A DNA stretch of 64,000 nucleotides. Source: the human T2T-CHM13v2.0 reference genome, Homo sapiens. Of this stretch, positions 1 to 17,065 are shown piece after piece. The notes beneath the pieces were generated by a model that saw only the letters and a program-made list of their open reading frames with translations, was not told the DNA's origin and searched no databases. The stretch's first letter is position 1. Each line of letters begins with the position of its first letter. The stretch is from the NCBI RefSeq assembly GCF_009914755.1, contig NC_060947.1; one strand, given 5' to 3'. The position numbers were made by a program, and so were the translations under genes.

Positions 1-182
1 ACAAAAATTATTAGCCAGGTGTGGTGATGCATGCATGCAATCCAAGCTACTCGGGAGGCTTGAGGCATGAGAATTGCTTGAACCTAGGAGGCAGGGGTTG
101 CAGTGAGCCGAGATCATGCCACTGCACTCCAGCCTGGGCGACAGAACAAGACTCTGTCTCAAAAAAAAAAAAAAAAAAAAAA
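1..182 (+). mobile_element. Alu right arm with poly(A), cut by the window edge
   Basis: GAGGCTTGAGGCATGAGAATTGCTTGAACC...CACTGCACTCCAGCCTGGG followed by an A-tail. Confidence 0.95.
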
Positions 183-339
183 TCATAGAAGTGATGTATC
201 TTAAAAATCCCGGAGGCAAGAATAAATTAATAGTCACGACGTATTTTTAAAATTAGGAGAAAATTTAACCTCTATGAAGGAAAATCCACACTTCAGCTAA
301 TGTGACCCTAGGTATGTTACTTATTCTTACCATTTTTGC

Positions 340-1014
340 TTTTTTTTTTTTTTTTGAGATAGAGTCTTGCACTGTCATTCTGACTGGAGTGCAGTGGGGC
401 AATCACGGCTCTCTGCAGCTTGACTTCTCAAGCTCGGGTGATTCTCCCACCTCAGTCCCCCACATAGCTAGGACTATAAGTACATGCAACCACACCTGGC
501 TAATTTTTAAATTTTTTTTATAGAGAGGGGGTGATATGGTTTGGCTTTGTGTCCCCACCCGAATTTCATCTCAAATTGCAATCCCCACGTCAAGGGAGGG
601 ACCTGGTGGGAGGTGACTGGCTCATGGGGGCAGTTTCCTCCTTGCTGGTCTTGTGATAGTGAATTGAGTTCTCACGAGATCTGATGGTTTAAAAGTATCA
701 CTTCACCCTTCGTGCTCTCTCTCTCCTGCTCCACCATGGTAAAGACATGCTTGCTTCCCCTTTGCCTTCCGCCATGATTGTAAATTTCCCGAGGCCTCCC
801 CAGCCATGCGAAACTGTGAGTCAATTAAACATATTTTTTTTAAAAAAATAAGTTACCCAGTCTCAGGTATGTCCTTATAGCAGTGTGAAAACAGACTAAT
901 ACAGGGGACCTCACTATGTTGCCCAGGCTGGTCTCAAACTCCTGGGCGCAAGAGATCCACTTGCCTCGACCTCCCAAAGTGTTAGGATTACAGGCATGAG
1001 CCACTGCACTTGGC
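340..1014 (-). mobile_element. AluJ split by an LTR (pieces 340-531 and 904-1014)
   Basis: Diverged Alu; left-arm sequence resumes directly after the LTR end. Confidence 0.85.
532..903 (+). mobile_element. MaLR solo LTR, THE1D/MSTA-like
   Basis: Termini TGATATGGTTTGGCT and ACAGACTAATACA; internal TCTCACGAGATCTGATGG. Confidence 0.9.
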
Positions 1015-1533
1015 TTCTTATACTTACTTTGAACCAACTTGTTCATCAGAAAATTGGGGCTTATGCTTTATAAGGTGGTTAGGAGAATACAAGGCAGGTA
1101 ATGTGTGTAAGTTGTCTAGCACTATAACACATATTACATACCTTGTAAAGGCTGAATCCTTCACTTTCCCTTCTGACTTGTCATTCTGGTGTCACTGTCA
1201 GATTCTATAGCACTCAAAAGAAGAAAAAAGGCTTTGTAAAGTCTTTTTTTAGACAGATAAAAATATATCTCCTCCCTTTGAAAAGTGGAACAAGTATAAC
1301 TGATATAAACACAACTTGCAAAAATCGATATTAAATTTTTGTTTTTTTTTAAAGCCTTCTTATTTTGGAATTATTTTCAAATAGAAAAGTTATACAGACA
1401 GTGCAGAGTTCCTATACACCCTTACTCAGTTACCCTCATTGTTAACATTATACATAACTATGGTACATGTGTCAAAACCAAGAAATTTACATTGGCATAT
1501 TCCTGTTAAATAAAGCTACGGGCTGTATGTAGA

Positions 1534-1837
<304 letters not shown>

Positions 1838-2287
1838 GGCTGTATCTAGATTTTACCAGATTTTCCACTAATATCCTTTTTCTGCTCCAAGATCCCACAT
1901 TGCATTTAGTTGTCATGTCCCCTTAGTCTCCTCTGTGACAGTTTCTCAGTCTTTCTTTGCCTTTTGTGACCTTGAGGATTTTGACTCATACTGGTCAGGT
2001 ATTTTGTCAAATGCCCCTCAATTTGGGCTTATCTGATATTTTTCTCATGTTTAAATTGGGGTTATGGGTTTTGAGAATCCCACAGAGGTAAAGCTCCCTT
2101 CTCATCATATCATATCAGGTTGTCCACAACATCAGCAGAACTTACGACTGGTGATGTTGACCTTGATCACATGGATAATATGGTATCTGCCAGGTTCTTC
2201 CAAAAGCTGTTATTTTCCCCTTTCTGTACTTTGTTGTTTGGAAGTGAGTCACTAGTCTAGCCCACACTCAAATGGGGGAGAGAGAGT

Positions 2288-2573
<286 letters not shown>

Positions 2574-2576
2574 TTA

Positions 2577-2918
<342 letters not shown>

Positions 2919-3684
2919 CTAGTATCTATAGCTATTATTTGGAATTATTCTGTAAGGAAGATTTGTCTCTTCTCTCCATATATTTATTTATTAGTCAATC
3001 ATTTATCAGTATAGACTCAAGTATTTTTATGTTATACTTTGGGTTACAATCTAACACCATATTATTTATTTTGTTGCTCAGGCTGTCCAGTTTGGCCACT
3101 GGGAGCTCTTCTGGGAGTGGCTTCTGTGCCCCTTTGACATGCCGCCGTCCTTTTATTTTGTTTTGAGTATATTAGCTTTGATGTAAAACTTGGTTTTCTT
3201 CCCCATCTATCCACTGAAATTGCTTTAAGGTCCTTCAGATGACAATGGTTTCTAGATTGTCTACTTTTCTGTCTTCAGCTTATCAGACCTCTCCGTAACA
3301 TTTAGTACTGTAAAGCTCTTTCCTTCAAATTCTATTTCATTTGAAAAATTTACTACGAAATTTTCAAACAAAAACAAAACTAGAGAGAATAGCATACTGC
3401 ATCTCCACGTGTCCATCACTCGGCTTCAGTAATTCTCAACATTTTGCTGATCTGATTTCAACTGTTGCCTCTCCCATGCCCTGTCACTGGAGCACTTTAA
3501 AGAAAACCCCAGGTATCATATCAGCTCAACTTGAAATAGTTCAGTGTCTTTAACAGATAAAAACTAAACGAACAAAGAAACAAAAAACCCATAACCATAA
3601 AACAATTATTATACCTAACAAAGTTAATAAGTCTTTAATATCGTCTAACACTCGGTCCATACTCAAATTTCTTCAATGATCTAA

Positions 3685-4385
<701 letters not shown>

Positions 4386-4544
4386 GTTTGTTAAAGAAAC
4401 TGGGTCTTCCATCCTATGAAATTTCTCACATTCTGGATTTGGCTGATGACATCTTCAGTGTCTTTTAATATACTGGTCTTCTCCCTGAACTTCCTGTGAC
4501 TGGTAATTAGACATAGAGTCTTGATTAGATTTCGGTTGCAAATA

Positions 4545-4591
4545 TAGATGATAGATATACAGATAAGATGGGTAGAGATAGATAGATAGGT

Positions 4592-4636
<45 letters not shown>

Positions 4637-4640
4637 ATAG
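4545..4640 (+). repeat. (GATA)n tetranucleotide STR; pure core (GATA)11 at 4592-4635
   Basis: Read directly from the sequence. Confidence 0.95.
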
Positions 4641-4736
4641 AGTTCTTCAGGGCCCCACTGTCACAGGTCAATTCCTCTTAGTTTACATACTGTCCCTTTT
4701 TCCACATTCCTAAGGCCGAGGGCTGAAACATCTATA

Positions 4737-5127
<391 letters not shown>

Positions 5128-5544
5128 TAGGATGTCACTGGATGTTTTTTGAACTCCTCAAATTCACTGTGTCCCAAATGGAATTGATTGTCCCTCTCAA
5201 ACCTGTTTCTCATTGTTCGCTTTACCTCAGTGACTACAACTTCCATCCAAGACACACACCTGAGCCATCCTAGGCTGGTTCATCACCTGGCCCAAGTCAC
5301 CAAGCCATGGGATGTCTATTTCTTCGGTGTCTCTGGAATGTGTCCCCTCTTCTCACTGCCTTAGCCTCAGTTATAAAATTCAGTTAAAGAATGCAAATGC
5401 ATTATCCAGAGTCACACGTTCTCAAGCCCAGCAGGGACTAGACCGTAACCTCATGCTCAGCTCCAGATTCAGCTCAGCTCCTGTGCTTTGAAGACATGTA
5501 CCTTCCACTTCCTGTGAATGTGGTTGTTAGAACCAGATTTCAGC

Positions 5545-6120
5545 ATGCTGGAGCAGCTAACGGCAGGGAAGTTAGGAGTCAGAATATCTGTGTTTGAAGC
5601 TCACATCCATCACTTGAAGTGAATGTGGTGATGTTGGTTAATTTCTCTGTGCTTCAGTCTCCTCATCTGCAAAATGACAATAATATTCCTTCAACACATT
5701 TCTGAAATTCCCAAAGGTCTGAAAACTGGAAGGGTTTTTCTTGTTTTAAAATTTGTTTGGCAGCACAACCTGACTTGACCTTAATGATTTGATGACAAAA
5801 CCTGACCTGGATGGAACTGAGGATATTTATGGTCTGTATTTATCATACTTAGAATATTCTTCCATTTTATAGTCCAGCTATCTTGGTGGCAGGCTACCCT
5901 AGCCCACTGGGCCAAGTTCTAGAATATGCTGTTTTACTTTTCAAAAGTACAAAAATGCCTACATTCTGAAACATACATGATCTAAGGGTTTTGGAAAACA
6001 GGTTTTGTACCTGTAATAGCTACCTCATAGGTTTGTCATAGATAGATTGCTAAAGAAATTAGTATTTGTAAAGCAATTAGAAGAGGGTGAGGCTTATAGT
6101 AAGCTCTATTTAAGTGTTTG
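5545..6120 (+). mobile_element. MIR split by an unassigned ~300-bp ancient insertion
   Basis: MIR core CTTCAGTCTCCTCATCTGCAAAATG near 5655; MIR resumes at ~6013 (TAATAGCTACCTCATAGG). Confidence 0.55.
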
Positions 6121-6279
6121 ATAAAGTAAACATTTCCTGTAACATTTAACCCTAGAAATGAAGTGAAAGATAAACTACTTTGTTAGAATAGAGTTTGATA
6201 AACTTAGGGGCCTCCATCAAAGCTGGGTTATTACCATTGCTTTTCTGTTCTAAAGAAATTAAACATTAGACAGATAGAA

Positions 6280-7260
6280 AAACCCCCTTTGAGTGGTGTC
6301 TCAACCTCTCCCTACTCAGAACTAACCACTATTCTGAAGTTGGGGTGTATGTGTGTGAATCTTTTCCATGCATGTTTCTAGATTTTAGTACATATATGCG
6401 TGCATGGTGTGTATTTTTTAAAGTTATGGCTAAATGTTATCATGCTATACCTACACAACTTCCTTTTTCACCTCGACACTAGCATTTTCATACATGTAGT
6501 CTAGCTCATTTCTCTTAAGGGCTCCTGTAGTATGCCATCATTGAACACTCCACAGTTTACTTACCCACATCCTGTAGATGGGCACTTAATTTGTTTCCAA
6601 TTGTTTGCTATTATTATGTGGCAGTGCCCACTCTCTTGTGCACCTCCTTGTGCCCACATGGAAGAGTGTCTCTTGGGCATATACCTGAGAGTAGGATTGC
6701 TGGGTCATATGTGCCTGTTTTAACTTTGCAAGAAAAATGCCACCGTGCCCTTCAATAGGGTGGACCAACCTATACTCCCATAGCAATGTGAGTTCTCATC
6801 TCTCTACGTCCTTGCCACACTTGGCATTTTTATTCTTTTTCTTTTGTGAGACAGCATCTCGCTCTGTTGCCCAGGCTGACACGGCCTCAGCTCACTGAAA
6901 CCTCTGCCTCCTGGGTTCAAGTGATTCTCCTGCTTCAGCCTCCCAAGTAGCTGGGACTACAGGTGCATGGCACCATGTCTGGCTAATTTTTTTCCTGTAT
7001 TTTTAGTAGAGACGGGGTTTCACCATATTGGCCAGGCTGGTCTCGAACTCCTGGCCTCAAGCAATCCAACCGCCTTGGCCTCCCAAAGTGCTGGGATTAC
7101 AGATATGAGCCACCGTGACTGGCCAGCATTTTTATTCTTTTTAGACATTTGCCTATCTGAAGGGTATGGAATATCACTCTTATTGTAATTAGTGGTTCTC
7201 TGGTTACCAGTGAGGTTGAACACCTTTTCTGCAATAGGCTTGTAAGTGGTCTGCCTGCCC
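6280..7260 (-). mobile_element. Old L1M 3' fragment, split by an Alu
   Basis: ORF2-end/3'UTR-like phrases GATGGGCACTTAATTTGTTTCC and GGATTGCTGGGTCATAT. Confidence 0.65.
6835..7124 (-). mobile_element. AluS/J
   Basis: Dimer; TSD GCATTTTTATTCTTTT. Confidence 0.9.
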
Positions 7261-7267
7261 CCCATTG

Positions 7268-8590
<1,323 letters not shown>

Positions 8591-8996
8591 TGAGCTAGAG
8601 ACATCTAATAAGCTCTGCATGCCCATCTACTCTCACATACACAGGGACACAGGGAGAATAGCCATCAGACTGTCACCAACAGACAGAAGCAAAAGTAGGA
8701 TTTAGAAGAAAAAAAGGGAGAAAAAAAATCCTGAGGGAAGAGACTATGGTTTAACTAACTGTGATGGAAGAAATTCAAATATTTGTTGGATAAACAAACA
8801 AACGAGTCACGTGTGCCTTGTATCACAAATTATCTGAGACAAGCAGGAGGAAGGATGGGCTGGCATGAGGTGTCCAGAAGCCAGCGCATCCATTCGGAGA
8901 GCTGACAGGGAAACATTTCTCCGTATTTAGAAATTTTATACTCAAGACTCCCACTGGCACTTCCCAGTGATTTTTAAAGACAGGTAATAAACGTGT

Positions 8997-9175
8997 CAAC
9001 ATTTATTGAGTATTTACCGTGTAGCCAGCACTGTTTTACAGGCACTACTCAATGTGGTCCGCACAATGACCCCACGAGAGAATTATTAACACTCATTTTA
9101 AGGATAAGGAAGGAACCAGAAGCACTGAGAGGTGAAGCCTTAGGTAACAAAGCCAGTAGGGGTGAGACCGGCATG
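8997..9175 (-). mobile_element. MIR at the distal end of the GEMIN8 3'UTR
   Basis: AACATTTATTGAGTATTTACCGTGTAGCCAGCACTG is the reverse of the MIR 3' tail; CTCATTTTAAGGAT is core-like. Confidence 0.7.
9002..9007 (-). terminator. Distal poly(A) signal AATAAA
   Basis: TTTATT on the + strand, with U-rich sequence downstream on the minus strand; lies in a MIR tail. Confidence 0.7.
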
Positions 9176-9660
9176 GTGATTTCTTTAGGGGAGGGTATAA
9201 GAGTCCTTTGCGAAGAGAAACATTTCACTTTCAAATGCCTCAGCACCTGCTGCAATTCCAGGCTTTGGTTTGTACTTGTATCTCAGTCACAGTTATTTTA
9301 TAGTTAGGCATATGAATTTAAAATGAAAGGGAGAAATACTAAAGATTTGAAATTTTAGTTATGTGTCACCTCAAGGGAAAGTTAATTATCATTTTTGTCG
9401 GCAACACCTACACACAAATTGTGACTCCAGTAATAAAATGAGAGCTTAGAAAAATAAGCACCCAGGGCTGATGAAAATAATGCATTTGTCTCAGGGCAGG
9501 GGCTGAATGTGAAGCCAACTGTTCTTAGAGAGAAACATGTCAATACTAAATCTTTTCACCAGCCTTTGATGGATGTGCTAATCTTCTCAGGTCAACATGG
9601 GCTCACCCTGGCAATGTACTGTAATAACTTATTTAAAAGGCAGCTGGCTTTTATAAATGA

Positions 9661-10088
<428 letters not shown>

Positions 10089-10161
10089 GGAATTATTGTT
10101 CTTTGCTCTCAATTCTGTATGACATCTAAGCTCTGTAGACATAATGAGATAACAAGAATAA

Positions 10162-10712
<551 letters not shown>

Positions 10713-11174
10713 TCCACTACAGGTAGTGGTATTTGTCTCACTACACACTTGGCTCATTTTTAGTGGGGGCTAATGGAGCTAGAGTCAGAGAGGATATCTG
10801 GTTTTTTAAAGGCATTTGTGTAGTTCAGACAGGTTAAAGACAAGAAAAGATAAAAAAGCAAAACACCAGGCAGTATCTCTAGGCAAGAACGTTAATGAAT
10901 TGAACTGTTACCAACAACATAAAAAACCAGTATAGTATATGCAAAATTATTTTATGTCAGGAGAAAATTTATCATGTTGGCAACAGAACATGTCCTGCAG
11001 ACCTCCAAGTGGCTGGCATAGTACATCCACCCCGTGACAGGCCCACTGGGACTGTGGTGAACATGCCTGTACCCCAGTACAAAGTCCCCTTTCCCTAAGA
11101 AATGTACAGAAGGAGAGATAAAGAGCGTGTACCCAAAAGGAAGAAGGAGAGGCTGGGTACCCTGTGCCCTGAGC

Positions 11175-11431
11175 TCAGAACTTCAGGGGGATGACCGGCC
11201 AGTACTTGGGCTGCTTTCGGTCACAGTGCTTGTCAAAGCTCAGCTGCACCGCGGCCTCCATGGCTTGGATCTTGGCAGCACTGTCCCCGTACAAACGCTT
11301 CATCTCGGCCTGGCGCCGCTCACCAGGCCTCTCAGTTGGGGCTTCTACCGACCGGCGGGTGTTGCAGTACAGGTCGTGGTCAGCGTTCACATAGCTGTCC
11401 AGGCGCTCTGCATCCAGCTGCTGCTGCCGCC
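11175..11431 (-). CDS. GEMIN8: Gemin-8 last coding exon ([11 protein letters not shown]...WPVIPLKF*)
   Basis: Acceptor tgttctcag|GGCGGCAG completes the split CGG codon. TGA at 11177-11175. 15+457+257=729 nt. Confidence 0.96.
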
Positions 11432-11679
11432 CTGAGAACAAACACGAACGTGAACATGAACATAAACACACGTGTGTGCACTGCAGAAGGAGCCCAGTGA
11501 GTGCTGCTGCTGCTGGCCATGCCATCTGCAGCCCCCTAAGGTCCCTCATCTTTCCCTTTCCAACTGTGAAACCAGGCCCAAGTGTTCCAGATGAGATGCT
11601 TACCAGATTTTGAGGCAAGACCTGCAGATTATTATCATCATTCACCTACCAAGGGGTTATTATACACTGAGAGAAATGG

Positions 11680-11825
11680 CAAAGAGTTGAGTGCCTATAG
11701 TCCCACCTACTTGCGAGGCTGAGGTGGGAGGATGGCTTGAGCCCAGGGGGCAGAGATTGCAGTGTACCACTATACTCCAGCCCAGGTGACAAAGCCAGAC
11801 CCGGTGTCAAAAAAAAAAGAAAAAG
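11680..11825 (+). mobile_element. Alu right monomer (AluJ/FRAM-like)
   Basis: GCCTATAGTCCCACCTACTTGCGAGGCTGAGG...A-tail. Confidence 0.8.
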
Positions 11826-14352
11826 AAATGGTGAAGAGCCACAAGGAAACTCATCACTCCAAACTACCAAACCTCTGCAACAAGCCCTGAAAACACAGGA
11901 AAGAAATGAACCCACCTGAGGTTCTCTCTTTTCATCTGCACGGCCCACTCACCACCTGCCCAGCTAGGAATGGCTGATAGAGCTTGCTTGGTTTCAAACA
12001 CTGCCCCAGGCCAGCAGGGAAACAAAAAGCTTCCTGGAAAGTCCAGTGTTGCGAGCAGTGCTTACCACCATGAATGAGGTGATGTGGGGGGAAAAAATCA
12101 CTCCTTTGGAAGAGGTATTGATTTTAGGTAACCTGGAAAAGAACAAGTGCTAGCAAGCACAGTATGCAATGATGATGGATGATTGATTATCCTTCCACAG
12201 ATTCGAAATGCAAATCATACCAAGCAAGGAAAAGTTAAATGAGTCAACACTTGCTGAAGGAAGAAGGGTGAGGAAAGGGCAATTCTACAAATGGAATTAA
12301 GGCCTCTGACTTCTAATCTTCCCGCTATATCAAAAAATCTGCAATAATGGGTTGGTTTTCTCACTACGGGATTTGACTTTCCACTTCATAGGTTGGCCTA
12401 GGTTAAACTGCAAGTGGTATCATTACATACTTTTAATCCTACTAATTTAAATGGATTCTTGTAAAGCAAGAAGTATCTATTCAATTTACTCTTCCCTCTG
12501 TTTTTTACTATGGCAAGTCCCAATATCATAATTTTTATTCTTATGTAAACTGCAACAACATAAAAGTATCAGTAAGACAATGCTGCATAAGGTTAAATTT
12601 AGCCAATTTCCATAGCTCTTGTAAGCGACTCTGTCAAGAGAGAAATTGACAGCAGGGAACACATATCCACGGCTACTATGGCTATCAAGAGAAACACCAC
12701 GAGATAAGGAGTGAAGATGGTTGTAGGGAAATAAAAGAATCATATAAATCATTCTTCCATTGTTGGTCCTCCCTGTACTAATACATGGAACAGAACATGG
12801 TAGTGAGCTAATCAAGTGTGAATGGAAAGATATTTATAAGGCCATGCATAGTCGCTCGCATAAATCCTGCTCTTTATAAGCATCATCATGGCATTGGAGG
12901 GAAGGAGTTTTATAAACTTGGAAACATTATTAAAAATGTATGTGGCCATTGCTGTCTTGGAACATCCACAGTTTATTTTTACCTAAGGGCTTATATGAAT
13001 AAGCCCAATGACTATCAAACACAATAAAAGCTGCGTAACTGCTACCTCACCCATGGAAAAAATGTATGATTAACTCATTGGGCAATGCAGAATGAAACCA
13101 AAATATTGGCCTAATATGCAAATGAATGGGGGCCACCAAGCATTTGTTTCTAATTTTTGGTCTTTCTGCCAAGTTTGAAACATCAGCATATAAGTTGTTC
13201 AGTTCTCACAAGTGTTTAAATTCTATGCCCCCTAAACTGAGTTGTGTTGGAGTGGCGTGGGAGTGGATGAGCCAAACAGTGGGTTAGAGAAAGCACTCGA
13301 CAACCGCCATGACAGCTTCTTATTTCCGCAAGAGTTCTGTGTGTTCCTGGTACTCAGGTCAGGGTGAAAGCCCCGCTGGGGACTAGCTTCTCCCTGGGGG
13401 CATCTCTGTTTTTCTCCTGCCTCTGTCCTGGGATGATTGAACCTGACTTTGAAGGAAAGCTTAGCTTCGTGCTTTTAGAAGGAAGAGCGGGGGTGACCTA
13501 GGACACTGGGTCTTGGTATGGGCAGTACAGACTGGTGAGATATATTCAGTCACTAAGTTCATACAGGCCTTTCCCACTTGCCTCTTTCTAGGAACCTTGA
13601 GCAGGCAGTGGGTGGGCTGATGGCACTGCCCAGGCTTTCCAGGAAAGGTAGAATTTGGCTAAAGAATCTCTCATTCAAGGGCTACTTTTCTGAAGGCTTG
13701 GCATTTCCACATTAGCACAACACAGTCCCTCTGCCATCTATGAGCAGCCTTGTACCCATTACCAATCCTATGGCTCTCTTTTTTTTTTTTTTTTTTTTTT
13801 TTTTTGGTCTATCTGGAGGAGACGATCCCACAGGTGGGTTTGCTGAGTGCCTTGGAGTCTCTGCATCCAGAGGGCAGAGCCCACAGTCAGAGTTCCCAGA
13901 CCACTGTCACATTACTCTCAAATTTATCCCAAGACTATAATCAGCTTCACTGACAGATCTGGTGACACAAGACATGTTCAACTTCCTGCATAAATCCGAG
14001 TCTTTGAGTTTAGAAGTTTGAATGAACACTGAGATCTTAGCTATCCTAAGTATTCTCTGTCGGTAGGATGTTGTGAGTTTAGTCTTTGAACTTTTGCATC
14101 TTTTTTTTTCTTTTCCTTATAATTTAAAATGTTTGTAACAATTATATATAGAGAGATGTGTTCTCTTATTGTTGACATCTGTGAATGATACACAATGTTA
14201 ACACAAAGCAACCCCAGTTAATGATGCTGGTACAATTTTCCAACTTTGTACTCAGCGTGTGCCCATGGGTTACCATCACATGATTTTAGTTCTTAATAAA
14301 GTTCATACGGTGTAAGAATACAAAAATAAAAGACACAGCCCTCTGCTTTTGA

Positions 14353-14686
<334 letters not shown>

Positions 14687-15701
14687 CCTCATGAAAATTT
14701 AAGACCCAACCCTTATCCCCTCCTTGCCTCTCAAGAGATTTGGAGGTTTAATGGTTTCCTGCATAGTGAACAGTGGCCCTAAAACACTGAACTAAAGGGC
14801 AAGAAGCCTGTCACCTGCGACCTACCCTGTGGGGGTCATTTATGGTGGAAGGGCACTGTCACCTTTACTCACAGCTGTACCCCCAGACCTGAGAGGACAC
14901 AATGCCTGACACAAAGCAGATGCTCAGGAAGTGACTGTCAAATGAATGCTCAAAGGCCATGCATGATTTTTTTGTAAACAGCTCTTTTCCTTCCAGATGC
15001 TGTTAAAGAACAATAATGACAACTCGGGGATTGAGAAACAGATGCTCAAATCTCACTAGGTGCTGGGCAGAACTCCCTTCCCTGTGGGTTCCTCAGAGCC
15101 TCCCAGGCAGAGGGGCTATGGGGGGGGGCACCAATGAGTTGGGGTCGGACCCTGTTCTCTTACATTCGAATTGCTTTGCCTCTACTTACTCACACAATTT
15201 TTTAAAAAGTCCTAAGGCTAGGCTACAAGTTGAAAACCAGTCAGTTTAAAACCAAATAACTGCAGACAGGCTGTGCACTGATGGTCACAGCCAGCATGTG
15301 AAAGTACTTTAGCGTGTACTGACTTAGGGGACCAAGTAAACCTCAGAATGGAGTATCAGAGTTTGAAGGCATCCACTCATTCTGTTTTCTATTTATTGCT
15401 TCCTTCCTTCCTTCCAACGAAAACGGATTCTCAATCACTGGCAGTTTTCCTTGCTGTCAAAACAAGGTGAGCGCTCAGCCAGCCAGATGGAAAATCATCT
15501 GACCAAAGCAGACCAGTACGGACATCACACTTCAGATGCCAATGAACAGTTGCCTTGTCATGGAGGGTTTGGTCATTTTTATTGGAAACAGCTGTAGGAC
15601 TCAATGTTGCCATACACTTTTATAGGGTATTTTGGCAAGATAATTTGTTTTAATATGAATCAGAAATCTTTTTTGATTCTATTCCAGCTTCAAAATAGGA
15701 T

Positions 15702-16117
15702 TGTAGTGGGTTGAATAGTGTCACTTCAAATCCATGTCCACCTGGAACCACAGAAGGTGACCTTATTTGGAAATAGGGCTTTGTAGATGTAATTAAAGGA
15801 TCAAGATGAGATCATACTGGATTAGGGTGGACCCTAACTCCAATGACAAAGTCCTTGTATGAGACAGAAAAGGACACACAGACACAGGGGAAAGGCCACA
15901 TGAAGATGGAGGCAGAGATGGAATGATGCTGCCACAAGCCAAGGAACACCAGGAAACACCAGAAGTTGGAAGAGGTGAGGCCCTACAGCCTTCAGAGGGC
16001 GTGTGGTCCTGTTGACCGCTTGATTTGAGAACTGTGAGAGAATAAATCTGTTTTTTTTTTTTTTTTAATCCACCCAGGTTGTGTAATTTGTTACAGCAGC
16101 CCTGGGAGGCTAATACA
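15702..16117 (+). mobile_element. MLT1 (B/C-like) MaLR solo LTR
   Basis: TGTAGTGGGTTGAATAGTG...GGCTAATACA; imperfect TSD AGGAT/AGGGT. Confidence 0.85.
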
Positions 16118-17024
16118 AGGGTTAATATGCATATAGGTTAAAACAAGAACAATAGGCATGTATTATTAAGGAAAAGCTTTACTGGATTCCATCTGGGTTC
16201 AGGATACATAATCCTGGTATTTTTCACATCAATCTATTTGTCTACATGATGTGACCAATGTCACATCACGTAATAGTCCATAAAGGAAAAAAAAAATCAT
16301 GGAAAGTTACCAGGACTTCAGAGAATCTTATATAGCAGGAAAACTTTCATCCAAGATTATTCCACACATAGAGCCCAAAGGCAGAACATGTTAGAGGATA
16401 AAGCATGGAGGCAGCAAGTGGCAAAGAATGTTTTTTCCCCTCACTTTCCTAGGACTAGTACATCTTTCTGATTATATTTTCTGCTATTTTGCCAAAATGA
16501 ATAATTGTAGCACAACCGAGGGAAAGCACAAACTTGATGTATGCCATGAATGCCTCATTTCTGGCTTGTCAGCAACCACCCAGAACACAGGTACATGCCA
16601 GCAGAACTGGAGCCATTTCAGACTGGTCTTCTCTCTTCGTCGCACATCCCTTGCCCCATGACAAATGTAATCCTGAAGTTACTGGACAACCGCCATTTTT
16701 ACTTTTACAACAGAAGTGCATTTTCATGTTCCTTTCCACTTTTCTACAGCCATTAACACGTATCATCTCACTGATCGGTTTTGTGCACCTGTGAATATCT
16801 GCACCAGATGAAACACACACGCATGTCAGGATTGTGCTCAATCACTGCAATTTCATCCTTCAACCTCATTGACTAAAGCAAGACAGCTCACTAAATACTG
16901 GGCCATAAACTTCACCGGGTTCTCTCTAGGTTTGACTGACTAAAGGCTCACTATGAAAACTACAGTCTCAGCCTTCCCACTCAGATGGACACAGTGTAAT
17001 GGAGCAGATGTCTCCCCTCAAACG

Positions 17025-17065
17025 TATGAAAACCACATCTGGGCATATGAAAACCACATCTGGGC
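17025..17065. repeat. Direct tandem duplication with a 21-nt period
   Basis: TATGAAAACCACATCTGGGC(A) twice, 20/20 identical. Confidence 0.95.

Noticed and set aside
11432-11645. N-terminal extension of track ORF 11175..11645
   Set aside because: Intronic in-frame run upstream of the true acceptor at 11431; no promoter evidence.
12168-12257. ATGATGA...CTGA resembling C/D box snoRNA motifs
   Set aside because: Antisense to the host gene, with no terminal stem or recognisable guide sequence.
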